Shown here piece after piece: positions 20,986 through 30,446 of a stretch of DNA of 64,000 bases; position 1 is the stretch's first letter, and each line of letters begins with the position of its first letter. The stretch lies in contig CAWGJT010000005.1 of the NCBI GenBank assembly GCA_963822965.1, positions 1,376,001 through 1,440,000 on the forward strand, written 5' to 3'. The notes under the pieces were generated by a model. It had not been told where the DNA came from. It searched no databases and saw only the letters and a list, made by a program, of their open reading frames with translations. A program made the position numbers and the translations under genes. The stretch is from an uncultured delta proteobacterium. GTDB lineage: Bacteria; Myxococcota_A; UBA9160; UBA4427.

Positions 20986-22769
20986 TGTTACCCGGGCGAG
21001 GTCGTTGCCTCACTCGATTTGCTACCCGCAGGTGGCAGAGGGGGGGGCACGAAATGGTGGATCGGATCAGCAAGGGGGCACGCCGTGAGTTGGTCGTCGC
21101 GATTGGAGAGCGATACCGAAGCGCGCGGCGGACGGAGAAGCAGTGTATTCTCGACGAGTTCGTGGCCGTGACGGGCTACCACCGGAAGCATGCGGTTCGG
21201 GTGCTCAACACCCCACCCGCTACGCCGTGGCGGAGCGCGATCGCTCCGCGCATCTACGACGAAGCCGTCCAGCAGGCACTGATCGTTCTCTGGGAGGCAT
21301 CGGATCGTGTGTGCGGCAAGCGCCTCAAGGTGCTGCTGCCCTTGCTCATCCAGTCTCTCGAGCAGCATGGGCACCTGCAGCTCGAGAGCCTCGTACGCGA
21401 GCGTCTGCTCTCGATCAGCGCGGCAACGATCGATCGAGCGCTGAGGAAGACGCGCGGGGTCGCGGGCAGGCGAGGTCGGAAGATCGCTCGCGCTGCACCT
21501 GCGGTGCGGCAGAGCGTGCCTGTTCGTACGTTCGCAGACTGGAATGAGCCCGCCCCTGGCTTCCTGGAGGCGGATCTGGTGCTGCACTGTGGCGGCAACG
21601 TTTCTGGAAGCTTCACGCAGACGCTGGTGTTGACCGACATCGCAAGCGAGTGGACGGAGTGCGTCGGGCTCCTCGTCCGCGAGAGTGGGCTCATCGTGGA
21701 GGCACTCGAGCAGCTCCGCCGAGCCATGCCGTTCCCGCTGCGCGGCATCGACACAGACAACGGGAGCGAGTTCGTCAACGACGCGCTCGTTGCGTACTGC
21801 CAGGAACACGGTATCGAGTTCACCCGCTCTCGGCCCTATCGCAAGAACGACCAGGCTTGGGTCGAGCAGAAGAACGGTGCGGTCGTGCGCCGACTCGTCG
21901 GCCACGGACGGCTCGAGGGCATTGCAGCCGTGAAGGCGCTGCAGCGGCTGTACGCAGCGTCCAGACTGTACGTGAACTTCTTCCAGCCCTCGTTCAAGCT
22001 CGCTGAAAGAACGCGCGTGGGTTCGCGCATTCACAAACGATATCTTCCTCCCGAGACGCCTTGCTCCCGTCTGCTCGCGTCAGATCACGTGACTGCGCGA
22101 GCCAAGGCGCGCCTTCGCTCACTTGCGGGAAGCCTCGATCCACTCCGCCTTCTGGACGAGATCCGCGCCATGCAGCACCACCTGGCCGAGCTCGCCGCGG
22201 GACAGACTCCGCACACCGCTCCGCAGCAGGACTCGAACCTGGAGCAGTTCATGAAGAGCCTTGCGACTGCCTGGCGCGACGGCGAAGCACGGCCGACTCA
22301 CCGCGCTCGGACCAAGCGCCGTCGAGACTGGCGCACGCGACCCGACCCGTTCGAGGGCGTCTGGTCGGGGGTGGAGCGCTGGCTCGAAGCCGAGCCCGAT
22401 CGCACGGCGAAAGAGCTGTTCGCTCGCCTCCAGGAAGAGCATCCGGGTCGGTTCCCCAATGGCCAGCTGCGGACCCTCCAGCGGCGCGTGAAGACCTGGC
22501 GAAATGCAGCTGCGCGACGCCTGCTCTTCGCGATGGACGAGTCGACCGACGGTGCTCCCAGCCCGGGCGATCAACTCGGCGAGCGCCCGGCTGAAGCCCT
22601 CCGATCGCCCTCCGGGCTCTCTACAGGCTCCAGCCGGGCTCCGTTACCCGAGCATCTAGCTAGGAGCTCCCGTTGCCTAGACCGGATGGTTGCACCTCGC
22701 ACCGCCGAAGCCGGTAACATTCCACAGTGAGGCAACGGGGGGCGGCAGAAGTAATTGTCGTTGATCACA
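20986..22769 (+). mobile_element. IS with rve/DDE transposase (ISNCY-like); CDS ~21054-22730
   Basis: ILDEFVAVTGYHRKHA, EADLVLH, DTDNGSEF and KNDQAWVEQKN motifs; TGT...ACA ends; internal inverted GGTA.CA...AGTGAGGCAACG motifs. Confidence 0.8.
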
Positions 22770-23181
22770 CGTCGAGCGGATGGAAGTGCAGTTGCTCGCC
22801 GCTGACTCTCAGGAGCGGATCTAGCCACGGCGGCACTCCGCGATCGACATGAATCCCGCACTCGATGAAATCAGGGTTGCAGACTGGGAAGGACGCCTCG
22901 GCGTAGTGCGTACAGCCCTCCTCGACAGCGAAGCCTATCCGGGTCGCACTGCTCACGCTGTCGACCCCGCCGAAACGTAGGTGAGCTCTCCTGATTGGTC
23001 TCCAGAGCCAAGCACTACGATTCCCGGGTCGGTCGGCGGATCTTGCTCCAGGTGAACTGGTGCAACGTTGAGCAGCCAGAACAGGTGACCAGACCTGCTC
23101 AGAGTCATGTCGGCGAACGCTGCTAGCTCTTGGATAAGGCGAGGAACATCACACGCCGCCGCGGATGAGTGAGCGCGAGCC

Positions 23182-24360
23182 TCAGATTCGGCGGCTTCGC
23201 ACGCGTCGCGCGCCGAGGCCGGCCAGCGCCGCGGCCAGTACGCCGAGCGCCGCGGGCGCCAGCATCGGGACACCAGGCACAGGCGAGGCAAACTGGAGCG
23301 TCGAGACATAGATGTCCTCGTCAACCTCTCCAGGAATTCGCGTCGCATCGACGTAGGCCACCATGCCACCGTAGAGGTCGTTCAGATATTGGTATCCCGG
23401 GTCGAACGTGACCTGAAAGGTCTGCGAGGTATCGAGGCGGTGGACATAGACATCGAAGTTGCCTGTGATGGTGCCCTCCCAGGCGATGAGGCCGTCGTCC
23501 AGGCTCGGCAGTTGATTCGTCGCGCCGTCGTTGACGATCGTGCGGAACTCACCGGTGTGCCCGTTGTAGGCATCGATACGGGTGGGCACACCGAGGCGGG
23601 GCGCGACCTGCCAGGCAACCCAGTCACCGCTGGTCGAGGGAGATCTTTCGTCCATCCCGCCGGTGTTGGTCAGTGCGTATCGGGTGTTCGTCTCGAAATC
23701 GAAGACCTCGATATCGTAGTCCTCGAGCCCGGTCGGGCCGGCGCGTGACGCCCAGACGACGAAGCGGCTGCCGATCTGGACCTCGTAACTCGGCGGCAGC
23801 GGGCCGGCGAGCGATGTACTGACGTTTGTGTTGATGTTGTAGAGGATGACCTCGCTCGCGTTCGCATGGCCTTGCAACCAGACGACGTAGCTTCCGTAGA
23901 TCTCGGGGTCGCGCACCGAGCCGGCGTTGCCCAGGGATCGAAGCTGGCCGGAGGTGATGTTGTACAGCATGATCGAGCCAGTCGGGCTGGAGACATCGTC
24001 GTACGCGGCATAGACGATGTAGTTCCCGCTCACATCGTTGAGTCGATCGTCGGTCAGGCCGGAGGTGACTTGAACGGCTGCGCCGTCGGCGTGTCCATTG
24101 AGGAGCGGCTGGTACCAGATGTCACCCGGACCCGGGAAGCCGCTGCCGAGAACGTCCCACGCCGTGTACACGACCAGGTCGCGCGACCCGTCATTGCCCA
24201 ACGTCGGCGAGGTCTCATTGCTTGCAGACGTCGCGACCGGGTATTCCACCACCGTCAAGCTGGTCTGGGCCCCGGCGATGCCGAAAGGCAGAAGCCCGGC
24301 GGTCGCCATGGTGAAGACAAGCAGAAGATTTCCCGGTCTATGTCGGTATGCACGTTTCAT
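23182..24360 (-). CDS. secreted beta-propeller-repeat protein with C-terminal sorting domain (IPTL/PEP-CTERM-like)
   Basis: Signal peptide; repeated P-x-I-x-G-x-Y-V-V-W units; VPMLAPAALGVLAAALAGLGARRVRSRR tail. Confidence 0.8.
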   Translation of the reverse strand: MKRAYRHRPGNLLLVFTMATAGLLPFGIAGAQTSLTVVEYPVATSASNETSPTLGNDGSRDLVVYTAWDVLGSGFPGPGDIWYQPLLNGHADGAAVQVTSGLTDDRLNDVSGNYIVYAAYDDVSSPTGSIMLYNITSGQLRSLGNAGSVRDPEIYGSYVVWLQGHANASEVILYNINTNVSTSLAGPLPPSYEVQIGSRFVVWASRAGPTGLEDYDIEVFDFETNTRYALTNTGGMDERSPSTSGDWVAWQVAPRLGVPTRIDAYNGHTGEFRTIVNDGATNQLPSLDDGLIAWEGTITGNFDVYVHRLDTSQTFQVTFDPGYQYLNDLYGGMVAYVDATRIPGEVDEDIYVSTLQFASPVPGVPMLAPAALGVLAAALAGLGARRVRSRRI

Positions 24361-24579
24361 GACTGCCTCCTTTCATCCCTTCATGAATGCTGGTTTCACC
24401 TCTTGAAATGAATCAGCACAATGCATGTGGCCATGATTTGGATGAGGATAAGCATCATAAGGGGATGGCGTCTGCGAGCGACGACGTAGATCCCCGAGAA
24501 CACGAAGGTTGGTGCCTCCCGGCCCCGTTGGACATCCTCGAGTTGGGACAACGACAACCCCCAACGAGAGGAGGCACCG

Positions 24580-25695
24580 ATGGAACGCTACATCGGGATG
24601 GACGTTCACGCCGCGAGCTGCACGCTGGCCGTGATCTCCGAAAGGGGACGCAAGCTCAAGGACTTCCCGGTCGAGACCAACGGCCAGGCGCTGGTCGAAG
24701 CGGTCCGGATGATCCCGGGGCACAAGCACCTGATCTTCGAGGAGGGACTGCAGAGCGCCTGGCTGTACGAGACGCTGAGCCCACACGTCGACGAGCTGGT
24801 GGTGGCCGGGATCACCGAGAGCCGGGGAGCGAAGAGCGACAAGCGCGACGCCTACGCGCTGGCCGAGAAGCTGCGGGTCGGCAACCTCGAGAAGTGTGTC
24901 TTCAAGGCGCCTCGGCAATTCACCCGCCTTCGCGAGCTCTCGCGCATCCACATGACGCTGGTCACAGACGTCGTGCGGGCACAGTCGAGGCTCAAGAGCT
25001 TGTACCGCGCTCGCGGCGTTCCCGTCTCGGGCGAGAACGTGTATGGGATGCGTCATCGCGAAGCGTGGCAGGCTCAACTGCCGGCCAGCGCGCAGGTGAG
25101 AGCGACGCGGCTGTATGCACACTTCGACTTCCTGCTCGCGCAGAAGGTCGAGGCGGAGGCCGACCTTCTTCGCGAGGCGAAGAAGCACCCGATCGTCGGC
25201 ATCCTCGAGACGGCACCGGGCTTCGGGCCGATCCGCGCCGCTCGGTTGGTCCCCATCGTCGTGACACCGCATCGCTTTCGGACGCGGCGGCAGTTCTGGA
25301 GCTACTGCGGCCTGGGGATCGCGGGGCAGCTGCGCTGCCCAAGCGCTTGCGACGCTCTGCGTCGCCGCGTGACGCGATCGAGTTCGGACTGGCTCCAGAC
25401 GGCCGATGGAACGTGGATCAAGGCGCGGGTTCCCCAGACGAGAGGTCTGTCGCGGCAGCACAACCGAGCCTTGAAGCACATCTTCAAGGGCGCCGCGACG
25501 ACGGTGATCACGCAGCGCAACAAGGATCCGATCTATGCGCGCTACCAGCGGCTCGTCGACGGCGGCACGAAGCCGACGCTCGCGAAGCTGAGCCTGGCAC
25601 GCATGATCGCAGCCACCGTGCTGCGGATGTGGAAGGACGAGGAGGAGTACGACCCCGGGCGAGCTGGCCAGCCCGCCGAGATACGCGAAGGCTAG
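24580..25695 (+). CDS. IS110-family DEDD recombinase/transposase
   Basis: YIGMDVH, FEEG, KSDKRDA, PGFGPI and YCGL...RSSS motifs; carries a 16-codon in-frame insert. Confidence 0.92.
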   Translation: MERYIGMDVHAASCTLAVISERGRKLKDFPVETNGQALVEAVRMIPGHKHLIFEEGLQSAWLYETLSPHVDELVVAGITESRGAKSDKRDAYALAEKLRVGNLEKCVFKAPRQFTRLRELSRIHMTLVTDVVRAQSRLKSLYRARGVPVSGENVYGMRHREAWQAQLPASAQVRATRLYAHFDFLLAQKVEAEADLLREAKKHPIVGILETAPGFGPIRAARLVPIVVTPHRFRTRRQFWSYCGLGIAGQLRCPSACDALRRRVTRSSSDWLQTADGTWIKARVPQTRGLSRQHNRALKHIFKGAATTVITQRNKDPIYARYQRLVDGGTKPTLAKLSLARMIAATVLRMWKDEEEYDPGRAGQPAEIREG

Positions 25696-25699
25696 GCAA

Positions 25700-26000
25700 G
25701 GACTCGGCCCGGGGAATCGTCGAGAGGACAACCACTTCATCACGCAGCGGCGAAACGTGTTCGCATGCCACGCTCGGCGTGGCCGCGGAGGTGAGCATCC
25801 CTGTTCGTCCTGGCCCCCGGCCCAGCGCCTCAAGGTCCGACGGATAAGCTATGCCCCTCCGAAGAACCCAACGAAGCGATGGCCGATCGAGGCCCAGATG
25901 GAAGGATGGTTCCCACGTTGCCGTGGAGAGCACAACCGCCAACGAATCGCGCTGCGATCGGCTTGCCCGCGAACCGGGTCTTCGGACCGAGTCACTCGTA
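25700..26000 (+). ncRNA. putative bridge/seek RNA of the IS110 element
   Basis: Guide-like matches to the insertion target at 25722-25730 and 25802-25811 within a stem-closed loop; boundaries approximate. Confidence 0.55.
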
Positions 26001-26172
26001 GAAGCTCCGCCGCCGCTCCGGTGGAGCCACGAGCACCATCTCTCAACTCGAGAGCGCCCAGCCAGAACGGGAGCAGACGCCCGGATCGAAGAATCTGCGG
26101 CGATGGGGAAAGTGCGTCTTGCGCTCCGACCCTATGGAAGGACGAACAAGCCGCGTTCCTGGCGAAGGTCCG

Positions 26173-26409
26173 GACGACGATCGCGGCCACGGCCTTGGAG
26201 CTGGACGAGACGTCTCCGGTGAGCCGATAGCTTCCCGACTGGCTCAGGGTCACCGGAAAGTCGGGCGCGTCGCCGGGGGTGATGCCACCAGCCTGCACCG
26301 CCGCCTGATTGATCTCGACGACGCCGTCGACGGCCCGCGCCGGGCCCGCACACGCCAGAACGAAGGTCATGATCACGGGCCAGGTGGCCCTGTTGTTGCG
26401 GGAACCCAT
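26173..26409 (-). pseudogene. secreted protein, N-terminal fragment
   Basis: Signal peptide, then DGVVEINQ...ITPGDAPDFPVTLSQSGSYRLTGDV; cut at the repeat. Confidence 0.65.
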
Positions 26410-27057
26410 CGAGCGTCTCTTCTCTCGATCCTCGATCCTTGACCACCGCTCATCGGCATCGACGACGGCCCTTCAATCTATTACAGGGAGAGTCCCGTCG
26501 ACCCTGAGCCGGCCCCGTTTCCACCCCGGTCGGACGCCCATCTCCTCCAAGAGCCTTCCCGCGATGCGGCCACCTCGTCGGATGCGCCCCGAGCGCGCCG
26601 GCCGATTGGCGCGCGGGGCCCGGGAACCAGTGGGGGGTCGAACGCTTGGCCTCGTTCCTGCCGCATCCTCGCGCACTCCCGAACTTTGCAGCTGCGGGTC
26701 GACGGAGGAGCTCGAGCCGTTGGCGCCATGCAAGGCCACTTGGGACGGGCGCGGTCTGGCGATCCACGTCGAGTATCTCTCCGGGCCCGACTTCGAGAAG
26801 ACGCGCATCGGGGCGGACGCCGTGGTGCTGGCCGCGTCGGCCATCGAGGGTGCACGCATTGCCTTTCTGTGCAGCGGGTAGGCGCACCCCGATGGCCTCG
26901 GCAATCGCAGCGGGCACGTCCCGCGGCTCGCGTGCAAGCGGGGGTAAAGCCGCACCGCCTGTCCGTCCGATGAACGGACATTCCATCAACCGGCCTCCCG
27001 GTCACAACGGGCGGTCGCAACGGGGCATCTTCGCTGGACCGGCGGGAAGGGAGCGAC

Positions 27058-27561
27058 ATGCGGCACTCCGTCAACTTCGACCCGAACACCAATGTGGCGA
27101 CGCTCGGGGGTCGAGCGCTCGTCTTCCACTGTCACCACTACAACTCCATCCTGCAGAAGACGATCGAGCAGGGCCTCGGCGAGGAGGCGAGCCACTTGCT
27201 GACCGTCGCCGCCCAGGAGGCCGTTCGACCCCAGCTGGCGGCGCTCTCGCGCCCGGGCGACCGCGATGGAGTGCTCGAAACGGCAGCGAGCGTCTTCAGC
27301 GAGCTGGGATTCGGGCGGCTCGACTTCACCGCCCTCACCGGGTGCGGCGGAACCGTCACCGCCCCCTCCTCCCACTACGCCCTCAGCTGGCTCGCCAAGT
27401 TCGGCGAACGCATGACGCCTGCGTGTCAATTCACGGCGGGCTTCATCGCAGCCGCGGCGAGCGTGGCGTTCGACCTGGAGCCGGAGCGCGTCCGCGTGCG
27501 CGAGTCGGACTGCCAGGCGCAGGGCAGCACTGCCTGTCACTTCGACGTCGAGGTTCTCTAG
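27058..27561 (+). CDS. V4R (4-vinyl reductase) domain protein
   Basis: FHCHHYN...LGFGRL...C.FTAGF...ESDCQAQGSTACHF. Confidence 0.85.
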   Translation: MRHSVNFDPNTNVATLGGRALVFHCHHYNSILQKTIEQGLGEEASHLLTVAAQEAVRPQLAALSRPGDRDGVLETAASVFSELGFGRLDFTALTGCGGTVTAPSSHYALSWLAKFGERMTPACQFTAGFIAAAASVAFDLEPERVRVRESDCQAQGSTACHFDVEVL

Positions 27562-28221
27562 ATGGCAATCGACAACAGCACCATCGTAAGGGCGGTCTCC
27601 AGCCTGGAAATCGTGGGCAACGAAGACGGCCTGATTCCCGCCTTCGGCCTGTATCTCACGCGCCACTACGCCGACTACTACAACCGCATCTCCTTCGCAT
27701 TCCTGCATGCCATGGAGCGCCGCGGTCCCGAGCAGGCAGCGAGGGCTCGGGCGGACCTGATCGAAACCGGTCACGTATGCGGCTTCAATACCATGGGCGG
27801 CATCATGCTCTCCGACGAATGGGAAGCGGTCGTCGAGCCCATGATCGAGACGCGCCAGGATTGGATCTGCGGGATCGTGGGCGTCATCAACGCCCTGGGC
27901 TGGGGAGAATGGAGGATCGACCACCTGCACGACCACGAGCTGAAGGTCAGCTGCGCCAACAGCTACGAGTCGGATGGCTATCTGCGCGACTACCCGGAGC
28001 GTTCTGCCGGGGGCGTGTGCTTCCTGGCGACCGGGGTGGTCTCGTCGCTGATGAACCTGATCTTCCATGGGGACATCACCACGCGCCCCGCTCGTACCGA
28101 GGACTATTACAAGCAGCTCTTTCACGAGGGTGACGATCGCTTCGTCGCGGTCGAGACGACGTGCCGAGCCCACGGCGCTCCGCGCTGTGAGTGGGCCGCG
28201 AGACGAGCCGGCTCGCGGTGA
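27562..28221 (+). CDS. second V4R-domain protein
   Basis: GHVCGFNTMGGIM...LGWG...ETTCRAHGAPRCEW. Confidence 0.8.
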   Translation: MAIDNSTIVRAVSSLEIVGNEDGLIPAFGLYLTRHYADYYNRISFAFLHAMERRGPEQAARARADLIETGHVCGFNTMGGIMLSDEWEAVVEPMIETRQDWICGIVGVINALGWGEWRIDHLHDHELKVSCANSYESDGYLRDYPERSAGGVCFLATGVVSSLMNLIFHGDITTRPARTEDYYKQLFHEGDDRFVAVETTCRAHGAPRCEWAARRAGSR

Positions 28222-28523
28222 GAAAGAACGTGAGCCGGCTGGCCGCTGCGAAGCTCCGGGATTGCCTCGGAGGGGACGCGATCGTCGAGGTCACGTTGCC
28301 GCGTGGACTGCAGGCGTCGGACATCGAGCGGATCGAGGGGGCGGCCACGCGGATCGTTCTCGCCGACCTGCCCCGGCCCTTCTTCCGCGTCGACGTTCCC
28401 GGCCGATACCTGATCACGGGAATCCTGTCGGAGGCGAGGGTTCGATTCACGGTCCGTCGCGCGCTGAGCGATTGCGCCGAGCGCGTCGCCCTCGATGGTG
28501 CCCGAGAGATGATGGGCTCGTGA
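28218..28523 (+). CDS. hypothetical protein
   Basis: GTG start overlaps upstream stop; stop overlaps downstream start. Confidence 0.6.
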   Translation: MRKNVSRLAAAKLRDCLGGDAIVEVTLPRGLQASDIERIEGAATRIVLADLPRPFFRVDVPGRYLITGILSEARVRFTVRRALSDCAERVALDGAREMMGS

Positions 28524-29617
28524 TATACCTGGACCATGCGGCGACTTCCCTCCCGCGCCGGGTCGAGTCCGTTCGAGCCGCGGTCGAAGCCTCGTCGTGG
28601 GCCAATCCCGGGCGTGGCACGCACGGACCACAGTCTCAGAGCAGCGACCGGGTGGAGGACGCGCGCGCCGTGCTGGCCGAGCTCGTCGGCTTCGGCGAAA
28701 TCTGCTTCACGTCCGGGGCGACTGCGGCCCTCAATCAAGCGATCCTGGGCTGGGATCCGTCTCCCGCGTGCATCGCGATCGGATCCATGGTCCACAATGC
28801 AGTGCGCCGCCCCGCGCACCACTGCGCGGCCGAGGTGTGGACCCTGCCCCATGACCGGGACGGACTCGTCGACGTGGCGGAGACACGGCGCCGGTGGCGC
28901 GACGGCACGGCTCTGGTGGTCGTCGACGACGCATCCAACGTGACTGGCCTGCGCCAGCCGGTCGCCGACCTGGTGGAGGTCGCCCACGACCGCGGAGCGG
29001 GCGTGGTGGTCGACTGTGCGCAGACCGCCGGCGTGGTCATGCCGCTCGCAGTGGGCGAGGCCGACGCGGTGGCCTTCTCGGCCCACAAGGGACTGCGTGC
29101 CCTGCCGGGCTGCGGCGTGCTCGCCGTACGGCCTTCTCTCTCGCTCGTGCCTCGCGTGCACGGCGGAACCGGCGAAGACGCGATCGACGAGGCGATGCCT
29201 GCCGAGCTGCCTCGCAGACTCGAGGCAGGCACGCTGAACCTTCCTGGAATAGCGGCGCTCGGCGCGGCCGCCGCGACGGCCCGGCGCGATTCCTGGGACT
29301 GGCGCGGGATGGCGACGCACCTACGAGAGGCCGTTGTCGCGGGCGGAGGCCGGCTCGTGGGCAGAGGCGAGCTCCCCATCGTGAGCTTCGTCCTCGACGG
29401 AATTTCCGCGGTCGAGGTCGAAGAGATGCTGGATCGCGCGTTCGGCATCACCTGCCGCGCTGGACTGCACTGCGCCCCGGCCGCCCACTCGGTTCTGGGC
29501 ACGCTGGACGGGGGTGCGGTGCGCGTCTCGGCCGGAGCCACGACGACGTGTGACGACTTGAAGCAGCTCGAGGTCGCGCTGAGGCGGACCACCGCCGCCC
29601 GGGTGAGCTACGGCTGA
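28520..29617 (+). CDS. cysteine desulfurase-like PLP enzyme (aminotransferase class V)
   Basis: IYLDHAATS, NPGRG, DCAQTAG, FSAHKGL, EAGTLN and CRAGLHCAP motifs. Confidence 0.9.
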   Translation: MIYLDHAATSLPRRVESVRAAVEASSWANPGRGTHGPQSQSSDRVEDARAVLAELVGFGEICFTSGATAALNQAILGWDPSPACIAIGSMVHNAVRRPAHHCAAEVWTLPHDRDGLVDVAETRRRWRDGTALVVVDDASNVTGLRQPVADLVEVAHDRGAGVVVDCAQTAGVVMPLAVGEADAVAFSAHKGLRALPGCGVLAVRPSLSLVPRVHGGTGEDAIDEAMPAELPRRLEAGTLNLPGIAALGAAAATARRDSWDWRGMATHLREAVVAGGGRLVGRGELPIVSFVLDGISAVEVEEMLDRAFGITCRAGLHCAPAAHSVLGTLDGGAVRVSAGATTTCDDLKQLEVALRRTTAARVSYG

Positions 29618-29640
29618 AACGTGGAGAAGAGGAAGGAACC

Positions 29641-29952
29641 ATGTTGCGCTACACCGATGAGGGGAACATCTCTGCCGACGACACGATCCGGAAGGCCTTC
29701 TCGAGGTTTGCCTCCGCCGCCGATTCGACGTGCGTGATCGAGCTCGCTCCCAGCGTCTCCCCCTCTCGCGATCTCGTACCCGTCATCGTCGAAGGTCTGC
29801 GGTCCAGCGCCAACGTCAAGCGGCTCGGCGTCGTGCACCGGAGCCCCCTTCTCGGCTTCCTCACGTCGGCGGTCGTGCTCCAGACACCGGGGGTGGAGGT
29901 TCGCGCGTTTTCAGACGTCCAGGCAGCCGAAGAGTTCTGGCCCGACGCCTGA
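29641..29952 (+). CDS. small STAS/SpoIIAA-like hypothetical protein
   Basis: RBS GGAAGGA; VKRLGVV...EVRAFSDVQAAEEF tail. Confidence 0.5.
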   Translation: MLRYTDEGNISADDTIRKAFSRFASAADSTCVIELAPSVSPSRDLVPVIVEGLRSSANVKRLGVVHRSPLLGFLTSAVVLQTPGVEVRAFSDVQAAEEFWPDA

Positions 29953-30446
29953 GGGGAGCCCGGTCAGGATTGCGCTGGCCGCTCGAGTCACCTGCCGACG
30001 AACTTTCTCTGCGCTTCGATCTGATCGGCTGCCGCGAGCAGGAGGTCTGCGATTCGGTAACCGGCCAGGATGATGCGCCAACCGTGGCGGAGACGCCGAC
30101 GCACATCGCGAGTCGCAGGCAGTCCATTGCGCGAGTCGACAGCGAGAGGCCGGTCGCCATCCAGCTCGCGAACAGCAGCGGACAGGCCAGCCCGAAGCGC
30201 AGCGGAAGCGAGATGCGGTAGACCTCGGGCGGAAAGCTGCGCAGGTCCCAGAGGCCGGAGAACCCGAACAGGTGAGCCCGACGAACATGCCCGCCCGCAG
30301 GCGCGGCAGCCCCTCCTCGAGGTAGTCGAGGCGAAAGGCCGCCTCCAGGGTGGTGGGGAACGCGCCGCGCCCGCCTGCACGACGGCCACCCCGGGGTGTC
30401 GACGCGCAGCTGACGCGCAGTCGGCGCGCAGCGTAGAATGTGACGC

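Larger units (their letters stand above)
24450..26139 (+). mobile_element. full-length IS110-family element with ~440-bp downstream non-coding end (IS1111-like layout)
   Basis: Ends shared with the other copies; transposase 24580-25695; followed by partial repeat 26139-26172. Confidence 0.92.

Noticed and set aside
19674..22730. 1018-aa ORF as one fusion protein
   Set aside because: It reads through an antisense fragment, a truncated gene, a repeat copy and an IS end; the transposase starts at ~21054.
26450..27000. Possible gene upstream of the V4R pair
   Set aside because: No frame gives a recognisable protein; it may be a degraded gene, but this is unsupported.
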